Assembly (NCBI RefSeq): GCF_003018255.1
Contig: NZ_CP027440.1
Direction: 5' to 3' (one strand)
DNA from: Escherichia coli
Lineage (GTDB): Bacteria > Pseudomonadota > Gammaproteobacteria > Enterobacterales > Enterobacteriaceae
Length of the DNA stretch: 64,000 nucleotides
A model generated the notes under the pieces. The model did not search any database, had not been told where the DNA came from, and was given only the letters and a program-made list of their open reading frames with translations. This document shows positions 11,068 through 23,702 of the stretch, piece after piece. A program made the position numbers and the translations under genes. Position 1 is the stretch's first letter. Every line of letters begins with the position of its first letter.

Positions 11068-11206
11068 GGTCTGAACTACGACATCCGTGATGGAATTAAA
11101 AAAAGTGCCCTACTATAGCAAATGCACTACCGGCAGGCATCTGACTTTCCGCGTGACTTTGTTAACGTCATTTACAGAAATTGACACATCAGATGCCTGC
11201 TTTACG

Positions 11207-12295
11207 CTACTGCGCGGTGGTAATAAATGACTGTAATTGGGCTTCGGTTTGCAAACGTTGCTGCAAGGTACTGGCTTCGGCTTTGCTGGCGAATGGGCCA
11301 AGCTGGATCCGCCAGACCGCGCCATTTTGAGTTACGCGACCGGGGACGCCGAACTTCTGTCCCAGTTGCTGTTGGTACTGTTGCGCACGCGCCTGATCGC
11401 TTACGGCCCCAACTTGCACCATAAAGTTGCCGCTGGCGCTTTGCGAGGCGGCTTGCGGTGTCACCATTGCAGGCGAGGTTGCAGGCGTTGTCGACGGAGC
11501 TGTAACAACGGGCTGTGGCGCAGGTGTTGGTTCGCTGCCTTCCAGAACTCCAGGCGCTAAGGTCGTTGGTGCACCGAGGAAACCGCTGCTGGTTACCGGC
11601 GCGCCGGTCGGATCTTCGCTTTTTAGCGTCGAATTACTGACCGGAAGAATGTCACCCTGCGGGCCAGACACTGAACTTGTTCCCGCGCCACCGCTTAAAT
11701 CGGGAGGTGCAGGCAGGGCGTAAGTCTGTTTAGCAACTGTGGTACAGGCCATACCAGGACCAGAAAGCGAACCATCCTGGGCGACAATAATCGGATCGAT
11801 ACGAACTTTGGTGTTGTTTGACGTGTTAAGACGGTCAGCTGCCGCGCGAGAAAGCGAAATAACGCGGTCGTTGCCGTAAGGACCGCGATCATTAATGCGC
11901 ACCACGATCATTCGCCCGTTAGCCAGGTTAGTGATTCTGGCGTAGCTGGGGATCGGAAGCGTTGGATGGGCCGCCGTCAGCTGTGTCGGATCGAAAGCTT
12001 CGCCAGAGGCCGTCAGGTTACTGCCGGGTTCGGCATCATAGATTGCCGCCAGTCCCGCCTGGCTAAATCGAGACGGATCCTGCACGATTTTGTAGCTTTT
12101 ACCGTCGCGCTGGTAATCCTGATTTGCCGTCGCGTTCAGTGGTTCGAAACGCGGGTCCGCCCCGCTAATTTCAACTATGGGGCCGTTACATACCGCAGGC
12201 TGCGGTACACTTACCGTCTGTTGCTGACCATCATCGCTTGTACATGCCGCGAGCATTCCTGCCGCGATGCAGATCCCGAGCCACTGCTTACGCAT
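11207..12295 (-). CDS. rlpA: septal ring lytic transglycosylase RlpA (362 aa)
   Basis: ORF track; lipoprotein signal (LAACTS), Pro/Thr/Ser-rich linker, C-terminal SPOR-like region. Confidence 0.93.
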   Translation of the reverse strand: MRKQWLGICIAAGMLAACTSDDGQQQTVSVPQPAVCNGPIVEISGADPRFEPLNATANQDYQRDGKSYKIVQDPSRFSQAGLAAIYDAEPGSNLTASGEAFDPTQLTAAHPTLPIPSYARITNLANGRMIVVRINDRGPYGNDRVISLSRAAADRLNTSNNTKVRIDPIIVAQDGSLSGPGMACTTVAKQTYALPAPPDLSGGAGTSSVSGPQGDILPVSNSTLKSEDPTGAPVTSSGFLGAPTTLAPGVLEGSEPTPAPQPVVTAPSTTPATSPAMVTPQAASQSASGNFMVQVGAVSDQARAQQYQQQLGQKFGVPGRVTQNGAVWRIQLGPFASKAEASTLQQRLQTEAQLQSFITTAQ

Positions 12296-12305
12296 TGCGC
12301 ACCTC

Positions 12306-13418
12306 TTACACGCTTTTCGACAACATTTTCCTGTGGGTGTGGATTGACATTACAATCCCGAACCCAGCCATCAGCACAATTAGCGCCGATCCTCCATAAC
12401 TGACCAGTGGGAGCGGAACCCCTACAACCGGCAGAATACCGCTTACCATACCAATATTTACGAAGACATAAACGAATAATATCAGCATTAAGCCGCCAGC
12501 CATGACGCGACCAAAGGTGGTTTGCGCTCTGGCGGCTATCCACAGCCCGCGCATGATCAGCAGAATGTAGAGAGCGAGCAGAATCAAAATGCCCACTAAT
12601 CCCAGCTCTTCCGCCAGTACCGCGAAGATAAAGTCGGTATGGCGTTCGGGGAGAAATTCAAGTTGTGACTGAGTGCCGTGCAGCCAGCCTTTGCCGCGTA
12701 ATCCGCCGGAGCCAATAGCAATTTTAGACTGAATAATGTGATAGCCCGCGCCGAGTGGGTCTGATTCCGGGTCCAGGAGCATCATTACGCGCTGGCGCTG
12801 GTAATCATGCATCAGGAAGAACCACAGAATCGGAATGAACGCCGCTACCAGCACTACTGCGACGCCAATCAGACGCCAGCTAAGGCCAGAGAGGAACAGT
12901 ACAAACAGACCGGAAAGCGCAACGAGGATTGATGTTCCCAGGTCAGGCTGTGCAGCCACCAGCAGCGTGGGCATAAATATCAGCACCAGCGCGATGCCAG
13001 TGTTCTTCAACGATGGCGGGCAAACGTCGCGGTTGATAAAGCGCGCTACCATCAGTGGTACGGCTATTTTGGCAATTTCCGACGGCTGAAAACGAACGAT
13101 ACCGAGGTCCAGCCAGCGTTGAGCGCCTTTAGAGATGGCACCAAAAGCATCTACTGCCACCAGCAAAATAATACAGATGATATAGAGATAGGGGGCCCAG
13201 CCTTCATAAACGCGTGGAGGAATTTGCGCCATCACCACCATGATGACCAGACCCATCGCGATTTGGCCGATTTTACGCTCCATCATGCCAATATCCTGAC
13301 CGCTGGCGCTCCAGATAACCAGGGCGCTGTAAACCAGCAATGCCAGTAAGATCAGCAGCATTGTGGGATCGAGATGGACTTTATCCCAGAATGTTTTTTT
13401 ATTCGGATTATCCGTCAT
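12306..13418 (-). CDS. mrdB: peptidoglycan glycosyltransferase RodA/MrdB (370 aa)
   Basis: ORF track; SEDS-family membrane protein. Confidence 0.95.
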   Translation of the reverse strand: MTDNPNKKTFWDKVHLDPTMLLILLALLVYSALVIWSASGQDIGMMERKIGQIAMGLVIMVVMAQIPPRVYEGWAPYLYIICIILLVAVDAFGAISKGAQRWLDLGIVRFQPSEIAKIAVPLMVARFINRDVCPPSLKNTGIALVLIFMPTLLVAAQPDLGTSILVALSGLFVLFLSGLSWRLIGVAVVLVAAFIPILWFFLMHDYQRQRVMMLLDPESDPLGAGYHIIQSKIAIGSGGLRGKGWLHGTQSQLEFLPERHTDFIFAVLAEELGLVGILILLALYILLIMRGLWIAARAQTTFGRVMAGGLMLILFVYVFVNIGMVSGILPVVGVPLPLVSYGGSALIVLMAGFGIVMSIHTHRKMLSKSV

Positions 13419-13420
13419 GA

Positions 13421-15322
13421 TTAATGGTCCTCCGCTGCGGCAACCGCTGGATTTTCCGCAGGCAGATCGGTGTTGTTATCACCCAGCATAATGTGGTCGA
13501 GGATCTGGCGCATCAGCGTACCAACCGCTGGACCCGCGCCACCGTTCTCCAGAATCATGGCGACAGCCACTTGCGGATTGTTGTATGGCGCAAAGGCAGT
13601 CATCAGTTTGTGGTCACGTAAACGCTCGGCAATTTTGTGCGCATTATAGGTTTCGTTCGCTTTCAGACCGAAGACCTGAGCTGTACCAGATTTCGCCGCA
13701 ATTTTGTACGGTGCGCTGGCAAAGTATTTATGCGCCGTACCGTTAGGGCGGTTAGCAACACCGTACATACCGTCTTTTGCTAGCTCCCAGTAACCGGAAT
13801 GAATATCGCCGACGGGCGGTTCATGCGGTTGTACCCATGGCACCTGTTTGCCGTCTTCGGCGGTGCTCATCAGCAAATGCGGAACCTTCACGATACCGTC
13901 ATTAATCAGGATCATCAGTGCCTTACTCATCTGGATTGGGGTCGCTGTCCAGTAACCCTGACCGATACCAACCGGAATGGTGTCACCCTGATACCACGGT
14001 TTTTTAAAGCGTTTCTGTTTCCATTCGCGGGTAGGCATGTTGCCGGAACGTTCTTCCGCCAGGTCGATACCGGTGTAATGACCATAACCGAATTTACCCA
14101 TCCATTCGGAGAGGCGATCGATCCCCATATCGTAGGCCACCTGATAGAAGAAGGTATCCGCAGATTCTTCCAGCGATCTTGTGACATTCAGACGCCCGTG
14201 GCCCCATTTTTTCCAGTCACGATAACGTTTTTCCGACCCTGGCAGTTGCCACCAGCCGGGGTCAAACAGCGTCGTATTGCGCGTGATCACCCCGGCACTC
14301 AATGCCGAAACCGCAACATAGGGTTTAACTGTAGACGCGGGAGGATAAACCCCCTGTGTGGCGCGGTTCACCAGCGGTGTATTCGGGTCGTTCAGCAAGG
14401 CGGAATAATCTTTGCTGGAGATACCGTCAACAAACAGGTTTGGGTCATAACTAGGCGTGGAAACCAGCGCCAACACCCCACCTGTACGCGGATCGGTGAC
14501 TACCACAGCTGCGCGGCTACCCGCCAGCAGCGTTTCAATATATTGCTGGAGTTTGAGATCCAGCGTCAGGTAAATATCGTGTCCGGCTTGCGGTGGTACT
14601 TCTTTTAACTGGCGGATAACACGCCCACGGTTGTTAACTTCAACCTCTTCATAACCGGTCTGACCGTGCAGCACGTCTTCATAGTAACGTTCAATGCCCA
14701 GCTTACCGATATCATGCGTTGCCGCATAGTTGGCCAGTTTGCCGTCATTATTCAGGCGTTCGACGTCTTTATCGTTGATTTTCGACACATAGCCGATGAC
14801 GTGGGTCAACGCCGAACCGTAAGGATAGTAACGACGTTTATAGCCTTTAACTTCAACACCCGGAAAACGGTACTGGTTGACGGCAAAGCGAGCTACTTGT
14901 ACTTCGGTCAGGTTAGTTTTCACCGGAATAGAGGTGAAACGGTGTGAACGTGCGCGCTCTTTTCGGAATGCCGCAATATCATCATCGGTCAGATCAACCA
15001 CGCTGCGCAAAGCGTCCAGCGTTTGCTGCACGTTATCGACTTTCTCCGGCATCATTTCTATCTGGTAGATAGTGCGGTTGAGAGCCAGAGGGATACCGTT
15101 ACGGTCGTAGATAATGCCGCGGCTGGGTGCGATAGGCACCAGCTTAATGCGGTTTTCATTAGAGCGGGTCTGGTAGTCGGTAAAGCGAACAATTTGCAGA
15201 TTATACAGGTTGGCGATAAGCACGCCGGTCAGCAGCAAAATCCCCAAAAAGGCGACCAGCGCCCGGCGCACAAACAGCGCGGACTCTGCCGTATAGTCGC
15301 GAAAAGAGTTCTGTAGTTTCAT
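13421..15322 (-). CDS. mrdA: penicillin-binding protein 2 MrdA (633 aa)
   Basis: ORF track; 4-nt ATGA overlap with rodA. Confidence 0.95.
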   Translation of the reverse strand: MKLQNSFRDYTAESALFVRRALVAFLGILLLTGVLIANLYNLQIVRFTDYQTRSNENRIKLVPIAPSRGIIYDRNGIPLALNRTIYQIEMMPEKVDNVQQTLDALRSVVDLTDDDIAAFRKERARSHRFTSIPVKTNLTEVQVARFAVNQYRFPGVEVKGYKRRYYPYGSALTHVIGYVSKINDKDVERLNNDGKLANYAATHDIGKLGIERYYEDVLHGQTGYEEVEVNNRGRVIRQLKEVPPQAGHDIYLTLDLKLQQYIETLLAGSRAAVVVTDPRTGGVLALVSTPSYDPNLFVDGISSKDYSALLNDPNTPLVNRATQGVYPPASTVKPYVAVSALSAGVITRNTTLFDPGWWQLPGSEKRYRDWKKWGHGRLNVTRSLEESADTFFYQVAYDMGIDRLSEWMGKFGYGHYTGIDLAEERSGNMPTREWKQKRFKKPWYQGDTIPVGIGQGYWTATPIQMSKALMILINDGIVKVPHLLMSTAEDGKQVPWVQPHEPPVGDIHSGYWELAKDGMYGVANRPNGTAHKYFASAPYKIAAKSGTAQVFGLKANETYNAHKIAERLRDHKLMTAFAPYNNPQVAVAMILENGGAGPAVGTLMRQILDHIMLGDNNTDLPAENPAVAAAEDH

Positions 15323-15352
15323 CCGCTGCGTTTTCTACTCAAAGCTCACTTA

Positions 15353-15820
15353 TCACTCACGGTGATAAGGATGGTTGGTGGTGATGCTCCACGCCCGGTA
15401 CAGACTCTCTGCGACCAGCACGCGAACCAGCGGATGGGGAAGGGTAAGTGCCGACAGCGACCAGCTCTGCTCCGCCGCCGCTTTACAGGCAGGCGACAAC
15501 CCTTCAGGCCCGCCAATCAGTAGACTGACGTCGCGACCATCCAGCTTCCAGCGTTCCAGCTCAGCGGCTAACTGCGGCGTATCCCAGGGCTTGCCTGGAA
15601 TATCGAGGGTGACAATGCGGTTTTTGCCTGCGGCCGCCAACATCTGCTCACCCTCTTTGTCGAGTATGCGCTTGATGTCCGCATTCTTGCCGCGTTTTCC
15701 GGCCGGAATTTCAATCAGCTCGAAGGGCATATCTTTCGGAAAACGACGCAGGTACTCGGTAAAACCGGTTTGTACCCAGTCCGGCATTTTCGTTCCCACG
15801 GCGACAAGTTGCAGCTTCAC
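15353..15820 (-). CDS. rlmH: 23S rRNA methyltransferase RlmH (155 aa)
   Basis: ORF track; recognised sequence. Confidence 0.93.
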
Positions 15821-15823
15821 GCA

Positions 15824-16159
<336 letters not shown>

Positions 16160-16400
16160 TCAAATAGATAAAAATGGTCTGTCAGTATACCTGAACCAGA
16201 GGCGATTTCGGGACAATTGTCGCCGAATCGGCTTTCGAAAGTGGGCTATCATCCCACCCCGCGCCGCAGATTGCATCGCCATTTTTGTAAAACAATTTCT
16301 ACAAAGTCGTGTCTGGCGGAAAAAGTCTGGCTGCGGAGAATATCAGCCTGCCCGGGGCTGTCAATGGTCGTTGCGGCTTACCCGTAAAAAAACAGAAAAG

Positions 16401-17012
16401 TCATGCATTCTCGACCCCGATGGCACGGCTATTGAGGACGCGTAGCGTCGCGAATTTTTGGTTGATATCAATGGCGCTCCAACACCCCTGGTCAACGCGG
16501 AAATGCCACATAGACTCGGCAGGCATGCCAATTAAACGAGCAATTAACAGACTCAGTACGCCCTGATGGCTGACGACTAAAATATTCTGATAGTGCTGAT
16601 ATTCACTAAGCCTTGCGATAAATCGTTCCACACGTTGCGAAAATGCCTGAAATCCTTCACCGTTCGTGGGGATAGCATGCTGCCAGTCATTGCACCACGC
16701 GCTATAGTTTTCGGCATCTTCTTGCATGAGGTCACGATGATGTCGCATCTCCCAGTCGCCAAAAAACATTTCATTGAGTTCAGGGATGATATGAACGGGG
16801 TGCTGGCGGTCACTAAGAACCAGTCGCGCGGTATGCTGTGCCCGTTCCAGTTCACTGCATAAAACCAGGTCAAAGGAAACATCATGTAGCAGCGTATGCA
16901 GATTTTGCGCTTGCTCAATACCGCGCGCGGTCAGGGGTGTGGGCGCATGACCGCTGTACAGACCATCGACATTCGCTTGCGTTTCACCATGACGAATTAA
17001 CCACAGTCGCAT
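16401..17012 (-). CDS. cobC: alpha-ribazole phosphatase CobC (203 aa)
   Basis: Track ORF starts MM; known protein begins at the second Met (MRLWLIRHGETQAN). Confidence 0.88.
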   Translation of the reverse strand: MRLWLIRHGETQANVDGLYSGHAPTPLTARGIEQAQNLHTLLHDVSFDLVLCSELERAQHTARLVLSDRQHPVHIIPELNEMFFGDWEMRHHRDLMQEDAENYSAWCNDWQHAIPTNGEGFQAFSQRVERFIARLSEYQHYQNILVVSHQGVLSLLIARLIGMPAESMWHFRVDQGCWSAIDINQKFATLRVLNSRAIGVENA

Positions 17013-17035
17013 CATGCCCTCCGTAACGACAGGTA

Positions 17036-17677
17036 TCAGCGATACAAGCCTTGTTGGTTAATGTAAGTCAGTACCGGTTCCGGTAATAAATCCTCACACG
17101 ATTCACCATTTTGCAAACGTTCGCGGATGATGGTCGCCGAGATGTTAAACCACGGCGTTTCAGCCAGATAAATTTTACCGGCAGGCTGAAGGTGAAGATC
17201 TTCCGGGTTATGTGTCAAATGATCCTCCAGCCATTGCTGATATTGTGGTTGTGCCATTTCAAGTGGGTAACCAGGACGCCGACAGACGATCAAATGTGCA
17301 TTGTCGAGTATCGTTTCGTATTCGTACCAGGTCGGAAAGGTCAGCAATGAATCCTGACCAATAATAAACGCCAGCGGCACGTCCGGTCCTTGCTCCTGCC
17401 GCCACTCTTTCAGTGTTTGCGCAGTGTAAGAGGGGGCATTGCGCTTTAGCTCGCGTTCATCAAGAGTAAATAATGGCTTGTCGGCAATCGCCAGTTCAAG
17501 CATGTGTTTACGCTGCATGCTGTTTGCTTCCGGCTGGGGACGATGCGGAGGAACATTATTAGGGATGATTGTGACCCGCGTCAGACCAATCAAATTCGCC
17601 AGCGTTTCCACGGGTTTAAGATGACCATAGTGCACCGGATCAAAGGTGCCGCCAAACAGAGCCTGTAAAGATTTCAT
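17036..17677 (-). CDS. nadD: nicotinate-mononucleotide adenylyltransferase NadD (213 aa)
   Basis: Track ORF is N-extended; known start [20 protein letters not shown] at 17677. Confidence 0.9.
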
Positions 17678-17678
17678 A

Positions 17679-18710
17679 TCAACCGTCGATAAATACGTCC
17701 GCCAGGGGTTTATGGCACAACAGAAGAGATAACCCTTCAAGCTCTGCCCACACTGACTGACCGTAATCTTGTTTGAGGGTGAGTTCCGTTCGTGTCAGGA
17801 GTTGCACGGCCTGACGTAACTGCGGATGGCTTAAGCGATTTAACGCCTCGCCCATCATGCCCCGGCGGTTCTGCCATACCCGATGCTTATCAAACAACGC
17901 ACGCAGTGGCATATGGGCAGACTGGCGTTTCAGGTTAACCAGTAACAACAGTTCACGTTGTAATGTGCGCAACAAAATAACCGGTTCGCTGCCTTCCAGA
18001 CGCAGTTGCTGAAGAATATGCAACGCGCGCTTACTTTTTCCCATCAACAAAGCATCAACCCAATGAAAAGGGGTGAAATGCGCGGCATCATTCACCGCCT
18101 GTTCAACGCGAGGTAATGTCAGTTTGCCGTCTGGCCAGAGTAGCGATAAACGCTCCAGTGCCTGAGCCAGCGCCAGCAGGTTACCTTCATAACAGTAGCA
18201 GAGCACCTGATTCGCCGCGTCATCCAGCTCTAAGTTGAGCTGTTTTGCGCGCACAGCAACCCAGCGGGGAAGCTGAGCCTGCTCCGGTGTCTGACAGGTC
18301 ACCTGCACGCTGCGATTCGCAAGAGCAGTAAACCAGGCGGCATTTTCTTGCGCTTTGCTTAATTTATTGCCGCGGACGATCAACAGCAGGTCGTCATGCA
18401 GAAGTCCGGTGAGTGTGAGAAGTTGTTCATTGATCGCCGCATTCGGTCCGTTTTCTGGTAACAACAGCAATAGCGTTTGTCGACTGGCAAACAGACTCAT
18501 GGCCTGGCATAACGAAAAGATCGCATTCCAGTCAGTGTTGGGATCAATGGAAAAAGTGTGGTGTTCTTCGAATCCTTGTACCGCAGCTACCTGACGAATA
18601 GCGTCCTGGCTTTCCTGCAATAACAGAGGATCGTTACCAAGTAAAAGATACGCCGCGCGCAGCCCTTCATTGAGCTGCGCGCGGAGTTGTTCCGGGTACA
18701 ACCGAATCAT
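17679..18710 (-). CDS. holA: DNA polymerase III delta subunit HolA (343 aa)
   Basis: ORF track; recognised sequence. Confidence 0.93.
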
Positions 18711-19291
18711 CAGTTACCCAGCGTGGTAGAGACGCGTGCAGGCGTTGCCGGAGTATCCGTTGTGGTCGACGTCTGTTCTTCGTCGGAACGAATATCCGCA
18801 GCACGGATGCTTGGCAGCTTACGAATCAGCTGTTCGGCAGCACGGTCGTACATCTCTTTTACGATCATGTCTTGTTCGTTATCTTTCGCTAACGCCATTT
18901 GCGGGTTATCGAAGAACGAACGGAAGACTTTGGCGCTAATCGGGTAGATGTCACGGCCGGGGATCAACACGGTCGCATTGACCGTCATGATCATCTGATA
19001 CTCTGCTGTTTGACCGTTACGGAATACCGATGCGGTATCTTTCGCGATGCTCACTTTACCCAAACGCAGGGATGGAACGTCCTTACGCGTGGTTTCTTTA
19101 TCAAGCAACTCGACACCATTTAGACGTAACTGGTTACGCACCGCACGGCTTAATGGCCCGTTCGGATCGCCTGAGTCCAGGATCATGACCTTCATAGTGG
19201 AAGGAACCTGCGTGGTATCACGCAGATGCCAGCCACACCCGGCGGTGATTAACACCGCCAGAGATAACAACAATGTTGCCAGATATCGCAC
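18710..19291 (-). CDS. lptE: LPS assembly lipoprotein LptE (193 aa)
   Basis: ORF track; lipobox LITAGCG; 1-nt overlap with holA start. Confidence 0.93.
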
Positions 19292-19305
19292 GCTTCCTCC
19301 CGCGC

Positions 19306-21888
19306 TTAGCCAACGACCAGATTGAGGAGTTTACCGGGTACGTAAATCACTTTACGCACGGTAACGCCATCAAGATATTTTGCTACCAGATGTTCCTGGC
19401 CAGCACGTTCGCGAACCTGTTCTTCCGTTGCGTCCACCGGAACGGTGATTTTTGCACGGACTTTACCGTTAACCTGCACCACGACCAGCGTGGAGTCTTC
19501 CACCATCGCTTTTTCGTCAGCAACCGGCCACGGCGCGTTGTCGATATCGCCTTCGCCTTTCAGTTCCTGCCACAGCGTGAAGCAGATGTGCGGGGTGAAC
19601 GGGTTAAGCATACGGACAACGGCCAGCAGTGCTTCCTGCATCAGGGCGCGGTCCTGCTCGCCATCGGTCGGTGCTTTCGCCAGTTTGTTCATCAGCTCCA
19701 TAATCGCCGCAATTGCGGTGTTGAAGGTCTGACGACGGCCGATATCATCGGTCACTTTAGCGATCGTTTTATGCACATCGCGACGCAGCGCTTTCTGATC
19801 TTCAGTCAGCGCATCAACGTTCAGTGCCGCAACATCACCTTTCGCTGTGTGCTCGTAAACCAGTTTCCAGACACGTTTCAGGAAGCGGTTAGCCCCTTCC
19901 ACGCCGGATTCCTGCCATTCGAGAGTCATATCAGCCGGAGAAGCAAACATCATAAACAGACGAACGGTGTCCGCGCCGTAACGTTCAACCATCACCTGCG
20001 GGTCGATACCGTTGTTCTTCGACTTGGACATTTTGCTCATGCCGGTATAAACCAGTTCATGGCCTGCCGCATCTTTCGCTTTCACGATACGGCCTTTCTC
20101 GTCACGTTCAACGATAGCATCAACCGGGGAAACCCAGTTACGTTCGCCGTTTTCGCCAACATAGTAGAAGGCATCTGCCAGCACCATACCCTGACACAGC
20201 AACTGTTTTGCTGGTTCGTCAGAGTTCACCATGCCTGCATCACGCATCAGTTTGTGGAAGAAGCGGAAGTAGAGCAGGTGCATAATGGCGTGTTCGATAC
20301 CACCAATGTAGATATCCACCGGCAGCCAGTAGTTAGCCGCTTTGGAATCCAGCATACCTTCTTTGTACTCCGGGCAAGTGTAGCGCGCATAGTACCAGGA
20401 GGACTCCATAAAGGTGTCGAAAGTGTCGGTTTCACGCAGCGCTGGCATACCGTTAACGGTAGTTTTTGCCCACTCCGGATCTGCTTTAATCGGGCTGGTA
20501 ATGCCGTCCATCACCACATCTTCCGGCAGGATCACCGGCAGCTGGTCGTCCGGGGTCGGCATTACGGTACCGTCTTCCAGCGTCACCATCGGAATCGGCG
20601 CGCCCCAGTAACGCTGACGAGAAACACCCCAGTCGCGCAGGCGGTAGTTCACTTTACGCTCGCCAACGCCCATCGCAGTCAGTTTATCGGCGATGGCGTT
20701 GAAGGCCGCTTCATGGTCAAGACCGTTGAACTCGCCAGAGTTGAACAGCACGCCTTTTTCAGTCAGGGCTTGCTGAGAAAGATCTGGCTCAGAGCCGTCA
20801 GCTGCCAGGATAACCGGTTTGATGTTCAGGCCGTATTTAGAGGCAAACTCGTAGTCGCGCTGGTCGTGACCCGGAACCGCCATAACTGCGCCCGTGCCGT
20901 ATTCCATCAATACGAAGTTTGCTGCCCAAACGGGAATTTCTTCGCCCGTTAATGGGTGAACCGCTTTAAAGCCAGTATCGACGCCTTTTTTCTCCATCGT
21001 CGCCATTTCAGCTTCGGCAACTTTGGTGTTACGGCATTCGTCAATAAAGGCGGCCAGTTCAGGATTATTTTCCGCCGCTTTCTGTGCCAGCGGATGACCC
21101 GCAGCCACCGCCAGGTAGGTACAACCCATAAAGGTGTCCGGGCGGGTAGTGTAAACGGTCAGCGTGTTGTCATAGTCGTTAACGTTGAAGGTGATTTCCA
21201 CGCCTTCGGAACGACCGATCCAGTTACGCTGCATGGTTTTAACGGTGTCTGGCCAGTGATCCAGTTTATCCAGATCGTTGAGCAGCTCGTCAGCGTAAGC
21301 GGTGATTTTGATAAACCATTGCGGGATCTCTTTACGCTCAACTTTGGTATCGCAGCGCCAGCAGCAGCCGTCGATAACTTGTTCGTTCGCCAGTACGGTC
21401 TGGTCGTTCGGGCACCAGTTGACTGCAGAAGTCTTCTTATATACCAGGCCTTTTTTATACAGCTCGGTGAAGAATTTCTGTTCCCAACGGTAGTATTCCG
21501 GCGTACAGGTTGCCAGCTCGCGGCTCCAGTCATAACCAAAGCCCAGCATTTTGAGCTGGTTTTTCATGTACGCGATGTTGTCGTACGTCCACGGTGCCGG
21601 TGCGGTGTTGTTTTTCACCGCCGCGCCTTCCGCAGGCAGACCAAACGCGTCCCAGCCGATCGGCTGCAGGACGTTTTTGCCCAGCATACGCTGGTAGCGG
21701 GCGATCACGTCACCGATGGTGTAGTTACGTACGTGGCCCATGTGTAGTCGACCAGAAGGATAGGGAAGCATAGACAGGCAGTAATACTTCTCTTTGCTCT
21801 CGTCTTCGGTTACTTCAAATGTGCGCTTCTCATCCCAATGAAGCTGTACTTTGGATTCTATCTCTTCCGGGCGGTATTGCTCTTGCAT
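19306..21888 (-). CDS. leuS: leucyl-tRNA synthetase LeuS (860 aa)
   Basis: Track ORF is N-extended (907 aa); known start [11 protein letters not shown] at 21888; HMGH and KMSKS motifs present. Confidence 0.95.
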   Translation of the reverse strand: MQEQYRPEEIESKVQLHWDEKRTFEVTEDESKEKYYCLSMLPYPSGRLHMGHVRNYTIGDVIARYQRMLGKNVLQPIGWDAFGLPAEGAAVKNNTAPAPWTYDNIAYMKNQLKMLGFGYDWSRELATCTPEYYRWEQKFFTELYKKGLVYKKTSAVNWCPNDQTVLANEQVIDGCCWRCDTKVERKEIPQWFIKITAYADELLNDLDKLDHWPDTVKTMQRNWIGRSEGVEITFNVNDYDNTLTVYTTRPDTFMGCTYLAVAAGHPLAQKAAENNPELAAFIDECRNTKVAEAEMATMEKKGVDTGFKAVHPLTGEEIPVWAANFVLMEYGTGAVMAVPGHDQRDYEFASKYGLNIKPVILAADGSEPDLSQQALTEKGVLFNSGEFNGLDHEAAFNAIADKLTAMGVGERKVNYRLRDWGVSRQRYWGAPIPMVTLEDGTVMPTPDDQLPVILPEDVVMDGITSPIKADPEWAKTTVNGMPALRETDTFDTFMESSWYYARYTCPEYKEGMLDSKAANYWLPVDIYIGGIEHAIMHLLYFRFFHKLMRDAGMVNSDEPAKQLLCQGMVLADAFYYVGENGERNWVSPVDAIVERDEKGRIVKAKDAAGHELVYTGMSKMSKSKNNGIDPQVMVERYGADTVRLFMMFASPADMTLEWQESGVEGANRFLKRVWKLVYEHTAKGDVAALNVDALTEDQKALRRDVHKTIAKVTDDIGRRQTFNTAIAAIMELMNKLAKAPTDGEQDRALMQEALLAVVRMLNPFTPHICFTLWQELKGEGDIDNAPWPVADEKAMVEDSTLVVVQVNGKVRAKITVPVDATEEQVRERAGQEHLVAKYLDGVTVRKVIYVPGKLLNLVVG

Positions 21889-22122
21889 GGCAGCCAGTGG
21901 TCCTGTTTTCAATACGGCTACAAATGTAGCGTTGAGGTGGTTTTTCAGATCCGCATAGCATAGCCCAAACGTCCGCGTCAAAACAGCCTTTCGCGCACTC
22001 GACGTTGAAATGATGCCCGGATTATTCATACATTAATTTACAGAGTTTGTGGGCGTATTAGCAAAGCAAGGAACAAAGAACGTCTATTATTATAGTCAGT
22101 TAACGACCCGGGAGATGAAACG

Positions 22123-22605
22123 ATGAACAAGGTTGCTCAATATTACCGTGAACTGGTCGCGTCACTGAGCGAACGCCTGCGCAATGGCGAACGTGATATC
22201 GACGCACTGGTGGAACAGGCGCGCGAGCGCGTAATAAAAACAGGGGAGTTAACGCGAACCGAGGTCGATGAGCTGACGCGAGCTGTCAGACGTGACCTGG
22301 AAGAGTTCGCCATGAGCTATGAAGAGAGCCTGAAAGAAGAATCTGACAGCGTCTTTATGCGGGTGATTAAAGAAAGCTTGTGGCAGGAGCTGGCAGACAT
22401 CACCGATAAAACGCAGCTTGAATGGCGCGAAGTTTTCCAGGACCTCAATCATCACGGGGTTTATCACAGCGGAGAAGTGGTAGGGCTGGGAAATCTGGTC
22501 TGCGAGAAATGTCACTTCCATCTCCCGATCTATACACCGGAAGTGCTGACGCTATGCCCGAAATGTGGTCATGATCAGTTCCAGAGACGTCCGTTCGAGC
22601 CGTAA
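22123..22605 (+). CDS. ybeL: DUF1451 protein YbeL (160 aa)
   Basis: ORF track; C-terminal paired CxxC motifs. Confidence 0.9.
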   Translation: MNKVAQYYRELVASLSERLRNGERDIDALVEQARERVIKTGELTRTEVDELTRAVRRDLEEFAMSYEESLKEESDSVFMRVIKESLWQELADITDKTQLEWREVFQDLNHHGVYHSGEVVGLGNLVCEKCHFHLPIYTPEVLTLCPKCGHDQFQRRPFEP

Positions 22606-22619
22606 TGAAATGAGTGGTG

Positions 22620-22642
22620 CCGGATGGCGTGATGTCATCCGG
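22620..22642. repeat. REP-like hairpin between convergent ybeL and rihA
   Basis: ccggatg (22620-22626) / catccgg (22636-22642) with 9-nt loop. Confidence 0.55.
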
Positions 22643-22649
22643 TGAGTGA

Positions 22650-23585
22650 TTAAGCGTAAAATTTCAGACGATCAGCCAGTAAATCAACAAAGCCCTGACG
22701 ATCAACATCGACCATTACGGTGGCATTCGGTTTATTGCCAGTCAGATAATAATAATCAACAACCGTCATACCCTGGGTATATTTCCCTTGTGTTTCCACG
22801 CCAACCCAGCGCTCAACAGTGGTAAACAACTCCGGTTTCAACAGCCAGGCGATGGTGCATGGGTCATGCAGTGGTGCGCCGACAAAGCCCCATTTTTCGT
22901 CTTTATGATATTCGAGGAAGAAATCCAGCAGTTCGGCAACAATGGTTGAAACAGGGTTGCCAATCGCGCGGAAACGCTCAGTGTCTTCAACGTGGATTTG
23001 TGCTTTGTGAGTAACATCCAGACCGGCCATCACCACCGGAATTCCTGACTGGAAGACAATTTCTGCCGCTTCCGGGTCAACGTAAATATTAAATTCAGCC
23101 GCAGGCGTCCAGTTACCAAGCCCCATTGCGCCGCCCATAATCACGATACGGGCAATTTTGCTATGCAGTTCCGGGTGGCTATTGAGCAGCAAGGCAACGT
23201 TAGTTTGCGGTCCGGTTGAAACAATGGTGATAGGTTCCTCACTTTCACACAGCGTTTTCGCCATCAGCTCCACCGCCGTACAGTTTTGCGGTGCGAACGT
23301 CGGTTCCGGTAATGCCGGGCCGTCGAGACCGCTTTCGCCGTGCACATTGTCCGCAATAATCAAATTACGCATTAACGGTTTTACCGCGCCGCCTGCTACC
23401 GGAATATCGGTGCGATTAAGCAAGGTCAGCATACGCAGAACATTGCGTAAGGTTTTTTCTGGTGTCTGGTTTCCGGCGGAAGACGTAATTGCTTTGACAT
23501 CAAGCTCTGGTGAGGCGAGGGCAAGAACTATTGCGATAGCGTCGTCATGACCTGGGTCGCAATCTAACAGAATTGGCAGTGCCAT
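22650..23585 (-). CDS. rihA: pyrimidine-specific ribonucleoside hydrolase RihA (311 aa)
   Basis: Track ORF is N-extended; known start [15 protein letters not shown] at 23585. Confidence 0.92.
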   Translation of the reverse strand: MALPILLDCDPGHDDAIAIVLALASPELDVKAITSSAGNQTPEKTLRNVLRMLTLLNRTDIPVAGGAVKPLMRNLIIADNVHGESGLDGPALPEPTFAPQNCTAVELMAKTLCESEEPITIVSTGPQTNVALLLNSHPELHSKIARIVIMGGAMGLGNWTPAAEFNIYVDPEAAEIVFQSGIPVVMAGLDVTHKAQIHVEDTERFRAIGNPVSTIVAELLDFFLEYHKDEKWGFVGAPLHDPCTIAWLLKPELFTTVERWVGVETQGKYTQGMTVVDYYYLTGNKPNATVMVDVDRQGFVDLLADRLKFYA

Positions 23586-23702
23586 TGTTGCTCCTTGTTG
23601 TGTGCTTCTTTGCGACAAGGGTACCGCTAGGATGTAACAGATACGAGGAGCGAAACGATAAAGCGTGAGATGGCGCGCACTTGGGTATGCGCGCCAGAGT
23701 GA

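Noticed and set aside
19273-21747. Long plus-strand ORFs (559 aa and 263 aa) overlapping leuS
   Set aside because: Antisense to a well-conserved synthetase gene; Arg/His/Val/Phe-rich composition typical of antisense frames; no SD or recognisable domains.
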